64,000 nucleotides of DNA, taken from NCBI GenBank assembly GCA_018396865.1, contig JAGTRB010000001.1:133970-197969 (forward strand). The letters run 5' to 3'. Source of the stretch: Candidatus Bathyarchaeota archaeon. GTDB taxonomy: Archaea > Thermoproteota > Bathyarchaeia > TCS64. Under the pieces are notes generated by a model, which saw nothing but the letters and a program-made list of their open reading frames with translations, searched no databases and was not told the DNA's origin. Shown here in pieces: positions 47,434 to 57,971 of the stretch. Numbering within the stretch: position 1 is the stretch's first letter; each line of letters begins with the position of its first letter. The position numbers were made by a program, and so were the translations under genes.

Positions 47434-49440
47434 ATGGGCTTTAAATCGATGGTAGGATGGGGAAGGCTTCATGGGGTCATCGGAAGGGCTCTAGGTCTTC
47501 TAGCCAGATCTAGGCCAAGCTTCAATATGATCAGCCTCCTTGAGGCCTCATCTCTTGGCCTAATTCTCGCTCTAGCCATTATTTTCAGGATTATGCCGAT
47601 AAAGTATGGAGCCTATTTCTCAACAGAGGCCGATACAGTATTCCAGTATAGGGTTGCTGAATACGTCGTGAGGAATGGGTACTCGGCATGGTTCACCTGG
47701 AATGATACCCTTAGCTGGTATCCATATGGGAGGGATATTGCCCACACGTCCTTCCCAGGCCTCCCCTTTTCAGCAGCCATCGTCTACTCTCTCCTAGTAT
47801 CCTTGGGTTTCAACTTCTCCCTTTACGATGTATGCATCTTCTTTCCCATCCTAATGGCCTCCCTCACCTGCTTATGCATCTTTTTCCTTGGGAGGGACCT
47901 TGGTGGCGGAAGCGCAGGCCTTTTGGCCTCCTTCATAATGGCCGTGGGCCCAGCATTCATCCTAAGAACATACCTAGGCTTCTTCGATACCGAGAATATA
48001 GGGATCTTCAGCACGGTGGCTATGTCCCTCTTCTTCCTAAGATCCATCGAAAGGGAGAAACCCCTCCTCAATAGGCTGCTCTACTCAATAGCGGCGGGCC
48101 TCTCCCTCTCCTACTTCCACGCATCCTGGGGTGCATCTAAATACGCTGTTGGTCTCCTAGCCCTCTTCATGGCCTCCACGCTGTTCTTCAACCTCTACGA
48201 GAGGCGACACCTACTCTCATATGGCGTCGTCCTCGGCGTCAGCTCCATAATCGCTATGATGATACCCATCCACGGCATTGGCTTCCTCTACAGCGCCGAG
48301 AATGTAGCCGCCTTCGGCCTCTTCATCCTCCTATTCATATATGAGGCGATCAAGGGCAGGATGAGCAGGTGGAAGGCCATGCTCGCCTCCGGAGTTATGC
48401 TGGCATCTCTCGCCATAGGGGTTCTCATCTTGGAGTCTAGGGGCCTAATACCTCCCCTCGCGCACAAGTTTCTAAGTGTTCTAGACCCTTCTCAGAGGGC
48501 TGCCAGCCCGCTTTTCGAGTCTGTTGCAGAGCATAGGAAGGCCACCTGGACGACTTTCTTCGAGAACTTCGGGATCACCCTCCCTCTCGCCCTCTTCGGA
48601 ACCTATCTAGCCCTGAGAAGGAGGGAGGAGAAGCTGATCTACGGCTCCCTCCTCTTCCTCTCAGCCCTCTACTTCACCGGATCCCTCATAAGGTTAGTCC
48701 TCATCCTCTCCATTCCAGTGAGCCTCATGGGAGCCTATGGCATGAAGGAGCTCCTCTCACCCTTCCTTGTAAAGGGCTCTAGGCAGGTCGAGAGGCGTTT
48801 AAGGAGGAGGAGGCTGGGCGTTAGCAGGGAGATGGGTCTAATATTTGTCGCGGCTATATTTGCATCCATTCTGCCGATGGTCTGGGGGGCAGCCAGCCTC
48901 GCAAACAGCCCGATGAACATAGGCGTGACCGTTCCAGTTAAGATGGGGGGGAGGTACCCCCAAGACTGGCTCCAGGCGCTTGTATGGATGAGGGACAACC
49001 TCCCAGAGGACTCAGTCGTGGTCTCTTGGTGGGACTACGGCTACTGGATCGAGACCTTCTCCAACAAGAGGACCCTCGCCGACGGCTCAACACTAAACGG
49101 TGAGCAGATAGGTAGAATAGGGAGGATAATGATGTTGAACCAGTCGGAGGCCCTCGAGATCCTAAAGGACTACAACGCCACCCACATCATGGTCTATTAC
49201 ACCTTCAATCCGAGTAATCCATCTCAGGAGTGGCCCCTGGGAGACAACGCTAAGTGGTACTGGATGGTTAGGATAGGGGGCCTAAACCTAACAGAGTATG
49301 TCGAGGAGGGCAGATACACCGCGAAGTTCTACGAGTCCACGATATACAACCTGATGAGGAAGAGCGCAGATCCAGAGCACTTCAAGTTGGTATACAAGTC
49401 GGAGAACGGATGGGTTCTAATATACGAGATAAAGTATTAA
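47434..49440 (+). CDS. aglB: Archaeal oligosaccharyltransferase AglB (STT3 homolog)
   Basis: Multi-TM N-domain plus WWDYGYW motif. Confidence 0.8.
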   Translation: MGFKSMVGWGRLHGVIGRALGLLARSRPSFNMISLLEASSLGLILALAIIFRIMPIKYGAYFSTEADTVFQYRVAEYVVRNGYSAWFTWNDTLSWYPYGRDIAHTSFPGLPFSAAIVYSLLVSLGFNFSLYDVCIFFPILMASLTCLCIFFLGRDLGGGSAGLLASFIMAVGPAFILRTYLGFFDTENIGIFSTVAMSLFFLRSIEREKPLLNRLLYSIAAGLSLSYFHASWGASKYAVGLLALFMASTLFFNLYERRHLLSYGVVLGVSSIIAMMIPIHGIGFLYSAENVAAFGLFILLFIYEAIKGRMSRWKAMLASGVMLASLAIGVLILESRGLIPPLAHKFLSVLDPSQRAASPLFESVAEHRKATWTTFFENFGITLPLALFGTYLALRRREEKLIYGSLLFLSALYFTGSLIRLVLILSIPVSLMGAYGMKELLSPFLVKGSRQVERRLRRRRLGVSREMGLIFVAAIFASILPMVWGAASLANSPMNIGVTVPVKMGGRYPQDWLQALVWMRDNLPEDSVVVSWWDYGYWIETFSNKRTLADGSTLNGEQIGRIGRIMMLNQSEALEILKDYNATHIMVYYTFNPSNPSQEWPLGDNAKWYWMVRIGGLNLTEYVEEGRYTAKFYESTIYNLMRKSADPEHFKLVYKSENGWVLIYEIKY

Positions 49441-49558
49441 ACCAGAATATAATACTCGAACAGATCTCTAAAACAACACTTATTTTAATATCTCGGCTGG
49501 ACGCTCTGTAAACACCATCATTAAAGAATATTCATAAAAATCTTAATTAAGAAGCGAA

Positions 49559-50125
49559 TTATAGTTTTAGCCTTACTAGGGGAAAATTATCTTTCTGGCG
49601 TACCACTTCAAATCCATTTTTTAAGTAGAAAGCTAATGGGCCAGATGGGTTGTTTTCGGAGTCTAACCTAGCAAATGTCTCCACAACCCTGTAGTTTCTT
49701 TCGCCAAGCTCTTTTAAGATTTTTTGGAGCATAATTGTTCCATATCCTTTCCTTCTATTCTCTTTATTTATTATGTATAGACAAGCTATAAACACTGCAT
49801 CATCGCTTGGAGGCCCTGAAACATAGTCATCAACCCTTGGAAAATGTTTTACAGAAGCATACTGCATAAAGCCTATCGGGGCATTGTCAAGATAGGCGAT
49901 CTCAACACCCCTTCCAAAAGATCTCTCTAAGAAATCGAGCCACTTCATCTTCCTCTTCTCGATGTCATATTTAGATACATAACGCTGTAATTCACCGCTC
50001 GTATGCCAGTAAAAGCAAAATCTGCATGGCTCGGGGATCATCTGCAAGTTATGGATGCCAACCCTTTCAAAATTTAACAGATTTCCACCACCTTTGTAAC
50101 CTTCACATATAGAGATAATAGACAA
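49559..50125 (-). CDS. GNAT-family N-acetyltransferase
   Basis: Acetyl-CoA binding RRKGYGTIMLQKIL motif; AT-rich. Confidence 0.6.
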   Translation of the reverse strand: MSIISICEGYKGGGNLLNFERVGIHNLQMIPEPCRFCFYWHTSGELQRYVSKYDIEKRKMKWLDFLERSFGRGVEIAYLDNAPIGFMQYASVKHFPRVDDYVSGPPSDDAVFIACLYIINKENRRKGYGTIMLQKILKELGERNYRVVETFARLDSENNPSGPLAFYLKNGFEVVRQKDNFPLVRLKL

Positions 50126-50342
50126 GATATAATATTAATAAGTATCACTCTTTTTGGGAAAAGAAAATTTTATGAAGGGATCTTTTGGCAATCGAACCTA
50201 CCCCGCCGATCTTCATGGACCTCTCCTTTTTTTGGGCCAATCCATAGGGGGATAAACGGGTTGATATGGGTGCTGGGAGAATACTCAAGGGGGATGGTAA
50301 CATTTATCTTCTCTATCTTCAATCTTTCGGGGAGAAGCGTGG

Positions 50343-50750
50343 TTGATAGACTTGTCCTTCAAGATAGGGAGGGTTGGCGAACTGAAGGTGGGCTCCTACG
50401 CAGTCATCGACGGAGAGCCCTGCAGGATCGTCTCAATAGATAAGAGTAAACCGGGTAAGCATGGGAGCGCGAAGTTCCGATGCACGGGTATCAGCCTGCT
50501 CGACGATAGCAAGCGCAGCTTCGTCAGCCCCGTCGACGCCTCCATACAGATCCCGATAATAGACAAGAGGAATGCCCAGATAGTCTCCGTAGGAGAGACC
50601 AGCGTCCAGCTTATGGATCTAGAATCCTATGAGGTCTTCGAGGTCAACCTGCCAAGGGAGGAGGAGATAAGGTCAAGGCTGGAAGCTGGAAAAGAGGTTG
50701 AATACTGGAACATTATGGGCAGGTACAGGATCCAGAGGGTGAAGGGCTGA
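50343..50750 (+). CDS. eif5a: Translation initiation factor 5A (aIF5A)
   Basis: Hypusination loop SKPGKHGSAK; start codon uncertain (TTG). Confidence 0.85.
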   Translation: MIDLSFKIGRVGELKVGSYAVIDGEPCRIVSIDKSKPGKHGSAKFRCTGISLLDDSKRSFVSPVDASIQIPIIDKRNAQIVSVGETSVQLMDLESYEVFEVNLPREEEIRSRLEAGKEVEYWNIMGRYRIQRVKG

Positions 50751-50769
50751 GCCTCAGAAGGCATCTTCG

Positions 50770-51690
50770 ATGAAGCGAGTAGAGCATATGCGGCTTAGGC
50801 CAGGGATGAGTGTCAGGGATCTCGCAGAGGAGATGAGGCAAGCGGGGGTAATAGGGGCTGGGAGGATTGGACGGGCCGCTGAGATCATTTATGAGATGTT
50901 CTTCGACGAGGAGTACACCACCTTCATCACCCTATCTGGCCCCCTCATACCGAGTGGGATGCGCCTCATATTCACCGACCTCATTAGAGAGGGATACATA
51001 GACGCTGTAGTAACCACGGGAGCGAATGTGGTTCACGACCTACTAGAGGCCATGGGGAGAAGACACCTTATAGGAGACGGAGAGGCCGATGACAGGGAAC
51101 TCCAGAGGAGGGGTATAAACAGGATCTACGACATCTATGTTGAGGGGGAGGCCTTCGTGGAGCTAGAGAGGTATATCTGGAGTATACTCGACGAGATACC
51201 TCGAGAAGATAGGGTGGGCATCTCCATCAATAAGCTCCTGAGGGAGGTGGGGCTGAGGGTGAGGGATGGGGAGTCCGTACTCTATAACGCTGCGAAGCAT
51301 GGAGTTCCAGTGTTCAGCCCTTGCCTTTTAGACTCGATGCTCGGGATGCCCCTATGGATGTACTCGAAGCGGGAGCCCCTCCTCCTTAATCCCATCAAGG
51401 ACTTCGATCTATTCGCTGAGATGGTTTACGAGGCCAAGAAGGCTGGCGCAATAATCCTAGGGGGAGGGGTCCCGAAGCATCATGTGTTATACATGAACAC
51501 TCTAAGGGGAGGACTAGACGCCGCGGTACAGATAACCTCCGCGAGGGAGGATGACGGGAGCCTTAGCGGAGCCCCACTGAGGGAGGCCATAAGCTGGGGG
51601 AAGGTGAAGGGGGATAAGATATCCAATATCTATGGAGACGCAACGATCCTCTTCCCTCTATTAGTAGCAGCCGCCCTGAAGACACCTTGA
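50770..51690 (+). CDS. dys: Deoxyhypusine synthase
   Basis: 306 aa, DHS fold, adjacent to aIF5A. Confidence 0.85.
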   Translation: MKRVEHMRLRPGMSVRDLAEEMRQAGVIGAGRIGRAAEIIYEMFFDEEYTTFITLSGPLIPSGMRLIFTDLIREGYIDAVVTTGANVVHDLLEAMGRRHLIGDGEADDRELQRRGINRIYDIYVEGEAFVELERYIWSILDEIPREDRVGISINKLLREVGLRVRDGESVLYNAAKHGVPVFSPCLLDSMLGMPLWMYSKREPLLLNPIKDFDLFAEMVYEAKKAGAIILGGGVPKHHVLYMNTLRGGLDAAVQITSAREDDGSLSGAPLREAISWGKVKGDKISNIYGDATILFPLLVAAALKTP

Positions 51691-51819
51691 TCTTCCCAAA
51701 GATAAAAGGCATCTTTGATGGGGAGAGCAGAACATATCATCCTCAGCCGCTCCTTGGACATCAAAATATAAAAGATATCGTGTCTTATACCTCTCATGCC
51801 CCGGAATAGTGTTGTCTAA

Positions 51820-53145
51820 ATGGTACTAGAGAGGCTTGGGTCATCCCTCTACGAGGCCCTCAGGAAGGTCTTGAGGGCGCAGGCGGTTGATAAAGATTTA
51901 GTCAGGGAACTAGTCAGGGATTTCCAGAGGGCCCTACTCCAGGCGGACGTGAACGTTCAGCTCGTCCTTGAACTCTCGAAGAACATCGAGAAGAGGGCTC
52001 TAGAGGAGAGGCTCCCCCCCGGAATAAGCCGGAGAGAGCATATAGTTAAGGTCGTCTACGACGAGCTCACGAGATTCGTAGGGGAGAGGCAGGAGCCCCT
52101 AGAGATAAAGGCCGGCAGACAGAATATCCTTATGCTCGTCGGGGTCCAGGGCTCTGGGAAGACCACGACGGCGGCGAAGCTGGCTAGGTTCATCCAGAAG
52201 AGGGGATTTAAGGTCGGCCTTATATGCGCTGACACCTTCCGGCCTGGAGCATATGACCAGCTTCGACAGCTGGCCGAATCCGTAAACATCGATTTCTATG
52301 GGGAGCTCGGTGGGAGGGACCCAATAGCCATAGCGAGGAGGGGGTTAGAGAGGTTTAAGAACCACGACGTGGTCATAATCGACACCTCCGGCCGCCATAA
52401 GGAGGAGAAATCCCTCTTGGAGGAGATGAGAGGCCTTGCGGAAGCCATAAACCCCCATGAGGTGATCTTGGTGGTTGATGGAACCATTGGACAGCAGGCA
52501 GCGGCTCAGGCTGAGGCCTTCAATAAGGCCACAAGCATAGGCTCCATAATAATAGCGAAGCTCGACGGCTCTGCGAGAGGTGGGGGGGCCCTCTCATCCG
52601 TGGCTGCGACGGGCGCCAAGATAAAGTTCATCGGGACAGGGGAGAAGATCGAGGACCTGGAGCCCTTCATCCCCGCCCGGTTCATCTCGAGGCTTCTTGG
52701 GATGGGGGATATAGAGGGGCTTGTCAAAAGGGTTGAGGAGGCCGAGGTTAAGGTATCTGAGAGGGATGTCAAGGCTATTCTCTCAGGGAGATTCACCCTC
52801 TCAGACATGTACCAGCAGTTCGAGGAGATGAGGAAGCTTGGCCCTCTAAGGAAGATCCTAACGATGCTTCCTGGGTTGGGGTATCAACTCCAAGATGATC
52901 AGTTCGATGTTGCCGAGGAGAAGTTGAAAAGGTGGAGGGCTATGATCCAGTCAATGACCAAGGAGGAGAGGGAGAACCCGAGGATTCTGGACGCCTCTAG
53001 GATTAGACGTGTGGCCAGGGGGTCTGGAACAGAGGAGAGGGATGTGAGAGAGCTTATAAAACAGTATGAGCTAATGAAGAGGATGCTCAAACAGCTCAGG
53101 GGGAGGCGAGGACTGATGAGGCTTCTCCCCACAAAAATGGGGTGA
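51820..53145 (+). CDS. srp54: Signal recognition particle protein SRP54
   Basis: N domain, GTPase GVQGSGKTTT, M domain. Confidence 0.9.
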   Translation: MVLERLGSSLYEALRKVLRAQAVDKDLVRELVRDFQRALLQADVNVQLVLELSKNIEKRALEERLPPGISRREHIVKVVYDELTRFVGERQEPLEIKAGRQNILMLVGVQGSGKTTTAAKLARFIQKRGFKVGLICADTFRPGAYDQLRQLAESVNIDFYGELGGRDPIAIARRGLERFKNHDVVIIDTSGRHKEEKSLLEEMRGLAEAINPHEVILVVDGTIGQQAAAQAEAFNKATSIGSIIIAKLDGSARGGGALSSVAATGAKIKFIGTGEKIEDLEPFIPARFISRLLGMGDIEGLVKRVEEAEVKVSERDVKAILSGRFTLSDMYQQFEEMRKLGPLRKILTMLPGLGYQLQDDQFDVAEEKLKRWRAMIQSMTKEERENPRILDASRIRRVARGSGTEERDVRELIKQYELMKRMLKQLRGRRGLMRLLPTKMG

Positions 53146-53154
53146 GAGGGAGGA

Positions 53155-53442
53155 TTGGGAAAGTCATCCGGTCCCAGGAGGAAGAGTAGAAGTGCCCTAA
53201 CGAAACCCGTGAGGGAGAAGGGGAAGCTGGGCCTAAGTAGGCTCCTCACAAAATACGAGATCGGGGAGAAGGTCATAATAGACATAGACCCCGCAGTCCA
53301 CAGGGGGATGCCCCACCGCCGCTACCAGGGGAGAACAGGAACCGTTGTCGAGAAGAGGGGTAAGGCATATATTATAGAGATCCCTCAAAGGAAGATCTCC
53401 AAGCTCATCATAGCCTCCCCGGAGCATCTTAGGAGATGTTAG
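53155..53442 (+). CDS. rpl21e: 50S ribosomal protein L21e
   Basis: HRGMPHRRYQGRTGTVV motif; TTG start. Confidence 0.85.
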   Translation: MGKSSGPRRKSRSALTKPVREKGKLGLSRLLTKYEIGEKVIIDIDPAVHRGMPHRRYQGRTGTVVEKRGKAYIIEIPQRKISKLIIASPEHLRRC

Positions 53443-53450
53443 ATTAAGAG

Positions 53451-53768
53451 ATGTTGATCTCTAAGAAGGAGATAACTGTAGCCGAGGCAAAGAGGCTTCT
53501 AGAAGGAGTGGAGGAGCTGGACCCCCTCCAGCGTAGGGTTTTGGACTATGCCTCGAAGTTTTCCAAGCTCCCAGCCGAGAGAGCCGCAGAACTAGTTGAA
53601 ATGCTCATGAATGAGGCTCTACTCGAAAGGAGGACGGCTGTTCAGATAGTCAACTGCCTACCCGAAAGCGTAGAAGAGGTTAGAACCCTGCTCGGGCGTC
53701 AAAGAATAGTCTCGGAGGAGGCCCTTAACAAGATCCTGGAGATACTCAAGAGATACAGCGCAGGCTGA
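53451..53768 (+). CDS. rpoF: RNA polymerase subunit F (Rpo4)
   Basis: Small helical protein following L21e, conserved position. Confidence 0.65.
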   Translation: MLISKKEITVAEAKRLLEGVEELDPLQRRVLDYASKFSKLPAERAAELVEMLMNEALLERRTAVQIVNCLPESVEEVRTLLGRQRIVSEEALNKILEILKRYSAG

Positions 53769-53801
53769 ATCCTAGGGTCTAGTGGTCGATGAGGTGGGAG
53801 C

Positions 53802-54365
53802 GTGGAGCGAGAGGGCAAGAAATACGAGGAGTATGCCTACGTGTTAGACTTCCTCCCGCATGGCAAGCCCGGTGTCCCCCGTCACCCCTATGGAAGGGGC
53901 CTCGTTCAACTGATAGGTGAGGCTTTCTTCACCCTTCTGGAGGCCGTGCCTCATAGGAACGTGGACTTCACGGTTAGAGAGAGGATCTATATAGGGAAGT
54001 TTGGGAGGACAAAGATAGATCACGTCCTTGGGAGGATCTCCTACGACGATCTCACCTCTACGGCCAAGGCTGAACTTCCAGGGGTTATAGAGACCATAGT
54101 TAGGTCCCAGGAGAAGAGGTTCATAGATTTTTTCAACACATCTCAGCCGATAACTCCAAGGATGCACTCAATGGAACTCATCCCGGGAATAGGGAAGAAG
54201 CTTATGTGGCAGATATTGGAGCAAAGGGAGAAAGAGCCGTTCAAGAGCTTTGAAGACCTACAGAAGAGGATAAACCTTCCAGACCCCGCTAGGCTCATCG
54301 CAAGGAGGATTTTAGAAGAGCTCTCGAAAGAGGAGAAATATCTCATATTCACCAGGTCCATGTGA
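53802..54365 (+). CDS. DUF655-family protein
   Basis: YAYVLDFLPHGKPG N-terminus and conserved position after rpoF; GTG start. Confidence 0.6.
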   Translation: MEREGKKYEEYAYVLDFLPHGKPGVPRHPYGRGLVQLIGEAFFTLLEAVPHRNVDFTVRERIYIGKFGRTKIDHVLGRISYDDLTSTAKAELPGVIETIVRSQEKRFIDFFNTSQPITPRMHSMELIPGIGKKLMWQILEQREKEPFKSFEDLQKRINLPDPARLIARRILEELSKEEKYLIFTRSM

Positions 54366-54457
54366 AGAGATCATCAGTTTAAAGGGGCTCTATTCTAAGG
54401 TGTATTTATCTGCGTCACCTTTTTAAGCCTCCTGATGAGAGGAAGAGTGGAAATAGA

Positions 54458-54967
54458 ATGAGGGCCAGAAACTTCAGGGAGATCAAAGGGATGCCCTATA
54501 CTAGACGTGAATTTATGGGGGGCGTCCCAGGGTCAAAGATAACGAAGTTCACGATGGGTGACCCAAAGAAGAGGTTCGAATATACCGTTAAGCTGGTAAA
54601 TCTAGAGAATGCCCAGATAAGGCATAACGCCCTCGAGGCTGCCAGGATAGCGGCAAACAAGTTCCTAGAGAGCCGGCTGGGTAGAGAAGGCTACATGATG
54701 AAGGTAGTCCCATACCCACATAACGTCCTCAGGGAGCATAAGAGGATCAATGTGGCCCAAGCGGACAGGTTCCAGGAGGGGATGAAGAAGGCCTATGGGA
54801 AGCCCGTGGGAACAGCCGCAAGGGTTATGATGGGAGATCCCATAATAATAGCTCAGGTTCCTGCAGGGGGAGTGGAAGTCGCAAAGGAGGCCTTGAGGAG
54901 GGCCTCCGCAAAGTTCCCAACCCCATGCAGAATAGTGGTGGAAGAGAACCTCGAACCCTCCAACTAA
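54458..54967 (+). CDS. rpl10e: 50S ribosomal protein L10e (uL16)
   Basis: GMPYTRREFMGGVPGSKI. Confidence 0.85.
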   Translation: MRARNFREIKGMPYTRREFMGGVPGSKITKFTMGDPKKRFEYTVKLVNLENAQIRHNALEAARIAANKFLESRLGREGYMMKVVPYPHNVLREHKRINVAQADRFQEGMKKAYGKPVGTAARVMMGDPIIIAQVPAGGVEVAKEALRRASAKFPTPCRIVVEENLEPSN

Positions 54968-54978
54968 ATAGGATTGGG

Positions 54979-55995
54979 ATGGGTTGGAAGGGTTTGGATG
55001 AGCCCCCTTATTACGACCTAGAGGAAGAGCGCGTACTAGAGGAGATTAGGAGGCTTAATGCGAGGAGGGTTCTAATACAGCTCCCAGAAGGCCTGAGGCC
55101 ACACGCCTTCAAGCTGACCGAGAGACTTGAGGGAACTGGCGCCGAGATATTTCTCGTCGGAGACTCATGCTACGGGGCTTGCGACCTTGCCATCCGTCAG
55201 GCTGAAAGCTTGGGAGTCAGCCTCCTAATCCATTATGGCCATAGCAGGATGCTCCCCGATACGGAGATCCCGGTGCTCTACATCGAGGCAGTCTCGAAGG
55301 TGGACCTTAAGCCAGCTATTGAGAGGTCTTTGCCCCTGATTGAGGGCTGGGAAAGGATAGGGCTAACAACAACCGTCCAGCACATACATAAGCTGGGAGA
55401 GGTTGCTGAATTGTTGAGAGGTAGGGGGATGGAGCCTCACATCGGGAAGGGAGGATTTGGCCTCCTGAGGCCGGGAATGGTAACCGGCTGTAACTACAGC
55501 TCTGCCACATCCATAGCGGAGATTGTTGATGGCTACCTATTCATAGGAGGGGGGCGTTTCCACCCTGTCGGGCTAGCCCTAGCCACGGGGAAGAGGGTTG
55601 TAGCCGCCGACCCCTACCTCGCCTCGGCTTCGATAATCGAGGAGTCGGAGATCAGGAGAATCATCATGAGGAGGCTGGCAGCAATAGAGGCCGCCAAGTA
55701 TGCCAGGAGGTATTGCATAGTGGTTAGCCTGAAGCCTGGACAACTCCATCTCAAGGAGGCATTAAATATTAAAAGTGCCTTGGAGATGCGTGGTAAGAAG
55801 GCGGTAATCCTATGCCTAGATGAGGTTAGGGCAGAGGCTCTCAATAACTTCATAGAGGCCGAGGCCTTCATAGACACAGCATGTCCAAGGATAGCCCTAG
55901 ACGGGCTAGAGGACCTCCGCAAGCCCTTCCTCACCCTCAGAGAGGCGGAGGCGTTAATAGGTCTGAGGAGCGTAGAGGAGGTCTGGAGGTACTAG
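54979..55995 (+). CDS. dph2: Diphthamide biosynthesis enzyme Dph2
   Basis: Radical-SAM-like diphthamide synthase fold with conserved Cys; start at MGWKGL. Confidence 0.75.
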   Translation: MGWKGLDEPPYYDLEEERVLEEIRRLNARRVLIQLPEGLRPHAFKLTERLEGTGAEIFLVGDSCYGACDLAIRQAESLGVSLLIHYGHSRMLPDTEIPVLYIEAVSKVDLKPAIERSLPLIEGWERIGLTTTVQHIHKLGEVAELLRGRGMEPHIGKGGFGLLRPGMVTGCNYSSATSIAEIVDGYLFIGGGRFHPVGLALATGKRVVAADPYLASASIIEESEIRRIIMRRLAAIEAAKYARRYCIVVSLKPGQLHLKEALNIKSALEMRGKKAVILCLDEVRAEALNNFIEAEAFIDTACPRIALDGLEDLRKPFLTLREAEALIGLRSVEEVWRY

Positions 55996-56131
55996 GGAGA
56001 GGTCTAGGGGTTCCGAGGTTTCCATCAGTAAGTTTACGCTCAATGAAAACCTTATTCACAACCATAGGCGGAGGATTTAATAAAAGGCGCGTGGATCGCC
56101 CTACGCGGCTCATTCGGGATGTGACAAGCTC

Positions 56132-56731
56132 ATGCCAAGAGGATCCGATGGCGGCGAGCATACTCCATATAGGCTTAGGGAGAGATTTGTCTACCCTGGG
56201 GAACGCCTAGCCGTTGAGGAGGAGTTCTTCAGCGGGAGGGGAACCTACATGGATAGGGGTGTAATAAGGTCTGAGGCGCTGGGGAGAGCCCTATACGATA
56301 TGAGGGAGAGGGAGGTGAGGGTCTCGAAGGCTACGAGGGAACCCATAATTCCCATAGAAGGTTTCGAGGTGATAGGAGAGGTGGGTTCAGTTCAGAGGAG
56401 GATGGCCAACGTGGATGTCTTCATAGTCTCGGGCCGAGAGGTCTCCAGGCCATACACAGGGGTTATATATCCTCCCGCAACCAAGAGATCCTCCAGAGGC
56501 CTAGACATGGCGGTGAGGAGCGGGGATATAATAAAGGGAAAGATCATCAATACTAAGAATAGAGTGCTACAGATCTCGATAGACGAAGAGGAATATGGAG
56601 TGATACTCGCCTACTGCTCAAGATGTGGCTCCCCGTTAGAATATAGGAGAACCCGTCTCCACTGTCCGAGGTGCGGGAGGGTTGATAGAAGGAAGATCGC
56701 AAAACAATACGGTTTGGAGGCATTAAATTGA
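56132..56731 (+). CDS. csl4: Exosome complex RNA-binding subunit Csl4
   Basis: S1 domain plus C-terminal zinc ribbon CSRCGSPL...CPRCG. Confidence 0.75.
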   Translation: MPRGSDGGEHTPYRLRERFVYPGERLAVEEEFFSGRGTYMDRGVIRSEALGRALYDMREREVRVSKATREPIIPIEGFEVIGEVGSVQRRMANVDVFIVSGREVSRPYTGVIYPPATKRSSRGLDMAVRSGDIIKGKIINTKNRVLQISIDEEEYGVILAYCSRCGSPLEYRRTRLHCPRCGRVDRRKIAKQYGLEALN

Positions 56732-57009
56732 AGTTGAGGGTCCTCTCCAAGGAAGATAACAGTCTCGAAATAGCCTTCGGAGGGGAGGGGCATACCCTCC
56801 TAAACCTCCTCCAGAGCCTCCTACTCAAACAGAAAGGGGTTAAAATGGCGGGATACTCGAAGCCCCACCCGTTAATGGACCGCTCAGTGCTCTTCGTGAG
56901 CACTGAGGAAGATAAACCCCCAGAAGTGGCTCTAATAGAGGCAGCCGAGGAGGGAAAGAGGCTTCTCAAAGAGTTCCTAGAAGAGTTCGAGGGGCGGCTC
57001 GCCAGATAG
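56728..57009 (+). CDS. rpoL: RNA polymerase subunit L (Rpo11)
   Basis: LEIAFGGEGHTLLNLL motif. Confidence 0.75.
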   Translation: MKLRVLSKEDNSLEIAFGGEGHTLLNLLQSLLLKQKGVKMAGYSKPHPLMDRSVLFVSTEEDKPPEVALIEAAEEGKRLLKEFLEEFEGRLAR

Positions 57010-57021
57010 TGGGAAGGCAGG

Positions 57022-57552
57022 ATGACTGTTGAACCTAGGATAAGGCAGGTCAAGAGGGAGATTAGAACCCTCGGGGTTGTGGCGAAAAGGTACAAGGACG
57101 GAGGAAGCCTGATTATCGGGGTTGTCTTTAGGGGGGGCCTATACCTTGACGGGGTCCTCAAAGCTACAACCCACGATCCCGATATAACCAACACAATGGT
57201 GGAGATGATCAAGTCTTCACCCCACTATCCCCAGATAAGGGTCCTCATCCTTCACGAGGCCCTCATAGACGAGGAGGTAAGGATAGACCCCTCTCAGCTG
57301 TATAATGAGGTCAAGAGGCCTCTAATCCTCCTCTCTGATGGAGACTTCGAGGGTGAGCATAGACCCCCAATAAATGTATTAGAGGTGGAGCTTGGAGGTA
57401 AAACCGTGAAAGTAATACCCCTCGGCTTGAGAGGGAGGGAGGCGGAGAAGATACTCATGGTGACGACCAGGGATGGAGCTCTCCCAGAGCCAATAAGAGT
57501 GGCCGATCTAATCTCCTCGGCACTGATCTGCTTGGATGAACAAAAGATTTAA
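57022..57552 (+). CDS. DUF99 (UPF0215) family protein
   Basis: Conserved archaeal neighbour of rpoL; 176 aa. Confidence 0.55.
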   Translation: MTVEPRIRQVKREIRTLGVVAKRYKDGGSLIIGVVFRGGLYLDGVLKATTHDPDITNTMVEMIKSSPHYPQIRVLILHEALIDEEVRIDPSQLYNEVKRPLILLSDGDFEGEHRPPINVLEVELGGKTVKVIPLGLRGREAEKILMVTTRDGALPEPIRVADLISSALICLDEQKI

Positions 57553-57593
57553 ATGCGATCTCCGAGATCGCAGTCGGAAGAGGTCTAGTTCTG

Positions 57594-57914
57594 ATGAAGT
57601 TCTGCTCAAGATGCGGCACCCTAATGAACCTTGATAGGGAGAGACAGGCATATGTCTGCCCGAAATGCGGTGCCGTGGAGACCCCTGAGAGTAGCATTGT
57701 CTACTCCAAGACTGGAACCCCTAGAGACAAGGTAGTAGTCATAGGGAGGGAGGAGTTAAACCTGAGGACGACGCCCCAGGTGAAGATAAACTGCCCAAAA
57801 TGCGGTAATAGCACTGCCTATTGGTGGATGGTGCAGACTAGAGGTGTAGATGAAAGCATGACTCAGTTTTATCGCTGCACCAAGTGTGGATACACTTGGA
57901 GGGAGTATGGCTGA
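57594..57914 (+). CDS. tfs: Transcription factor S (TFS, TFIIS-like)
   Basis: Two zinc ribbons; C-terminal QFYRCTKCGYTW. Confidence 0.8.
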   Translation: MKFCSRCGTLMNLDRERQAYVCPKCGAVETPESSIVYSKTGTPRDKVVVIGREELNLRTTPQVKINCPKCGNSTAYWWMVQTRGVDESMTQFYRCTKCGYTWREYG

Positions 57915-57971
57915 GGGAGATCTTTTAAGTCATGAGAGGTATAAACATTATATGATATTTGAGGTGTCGAG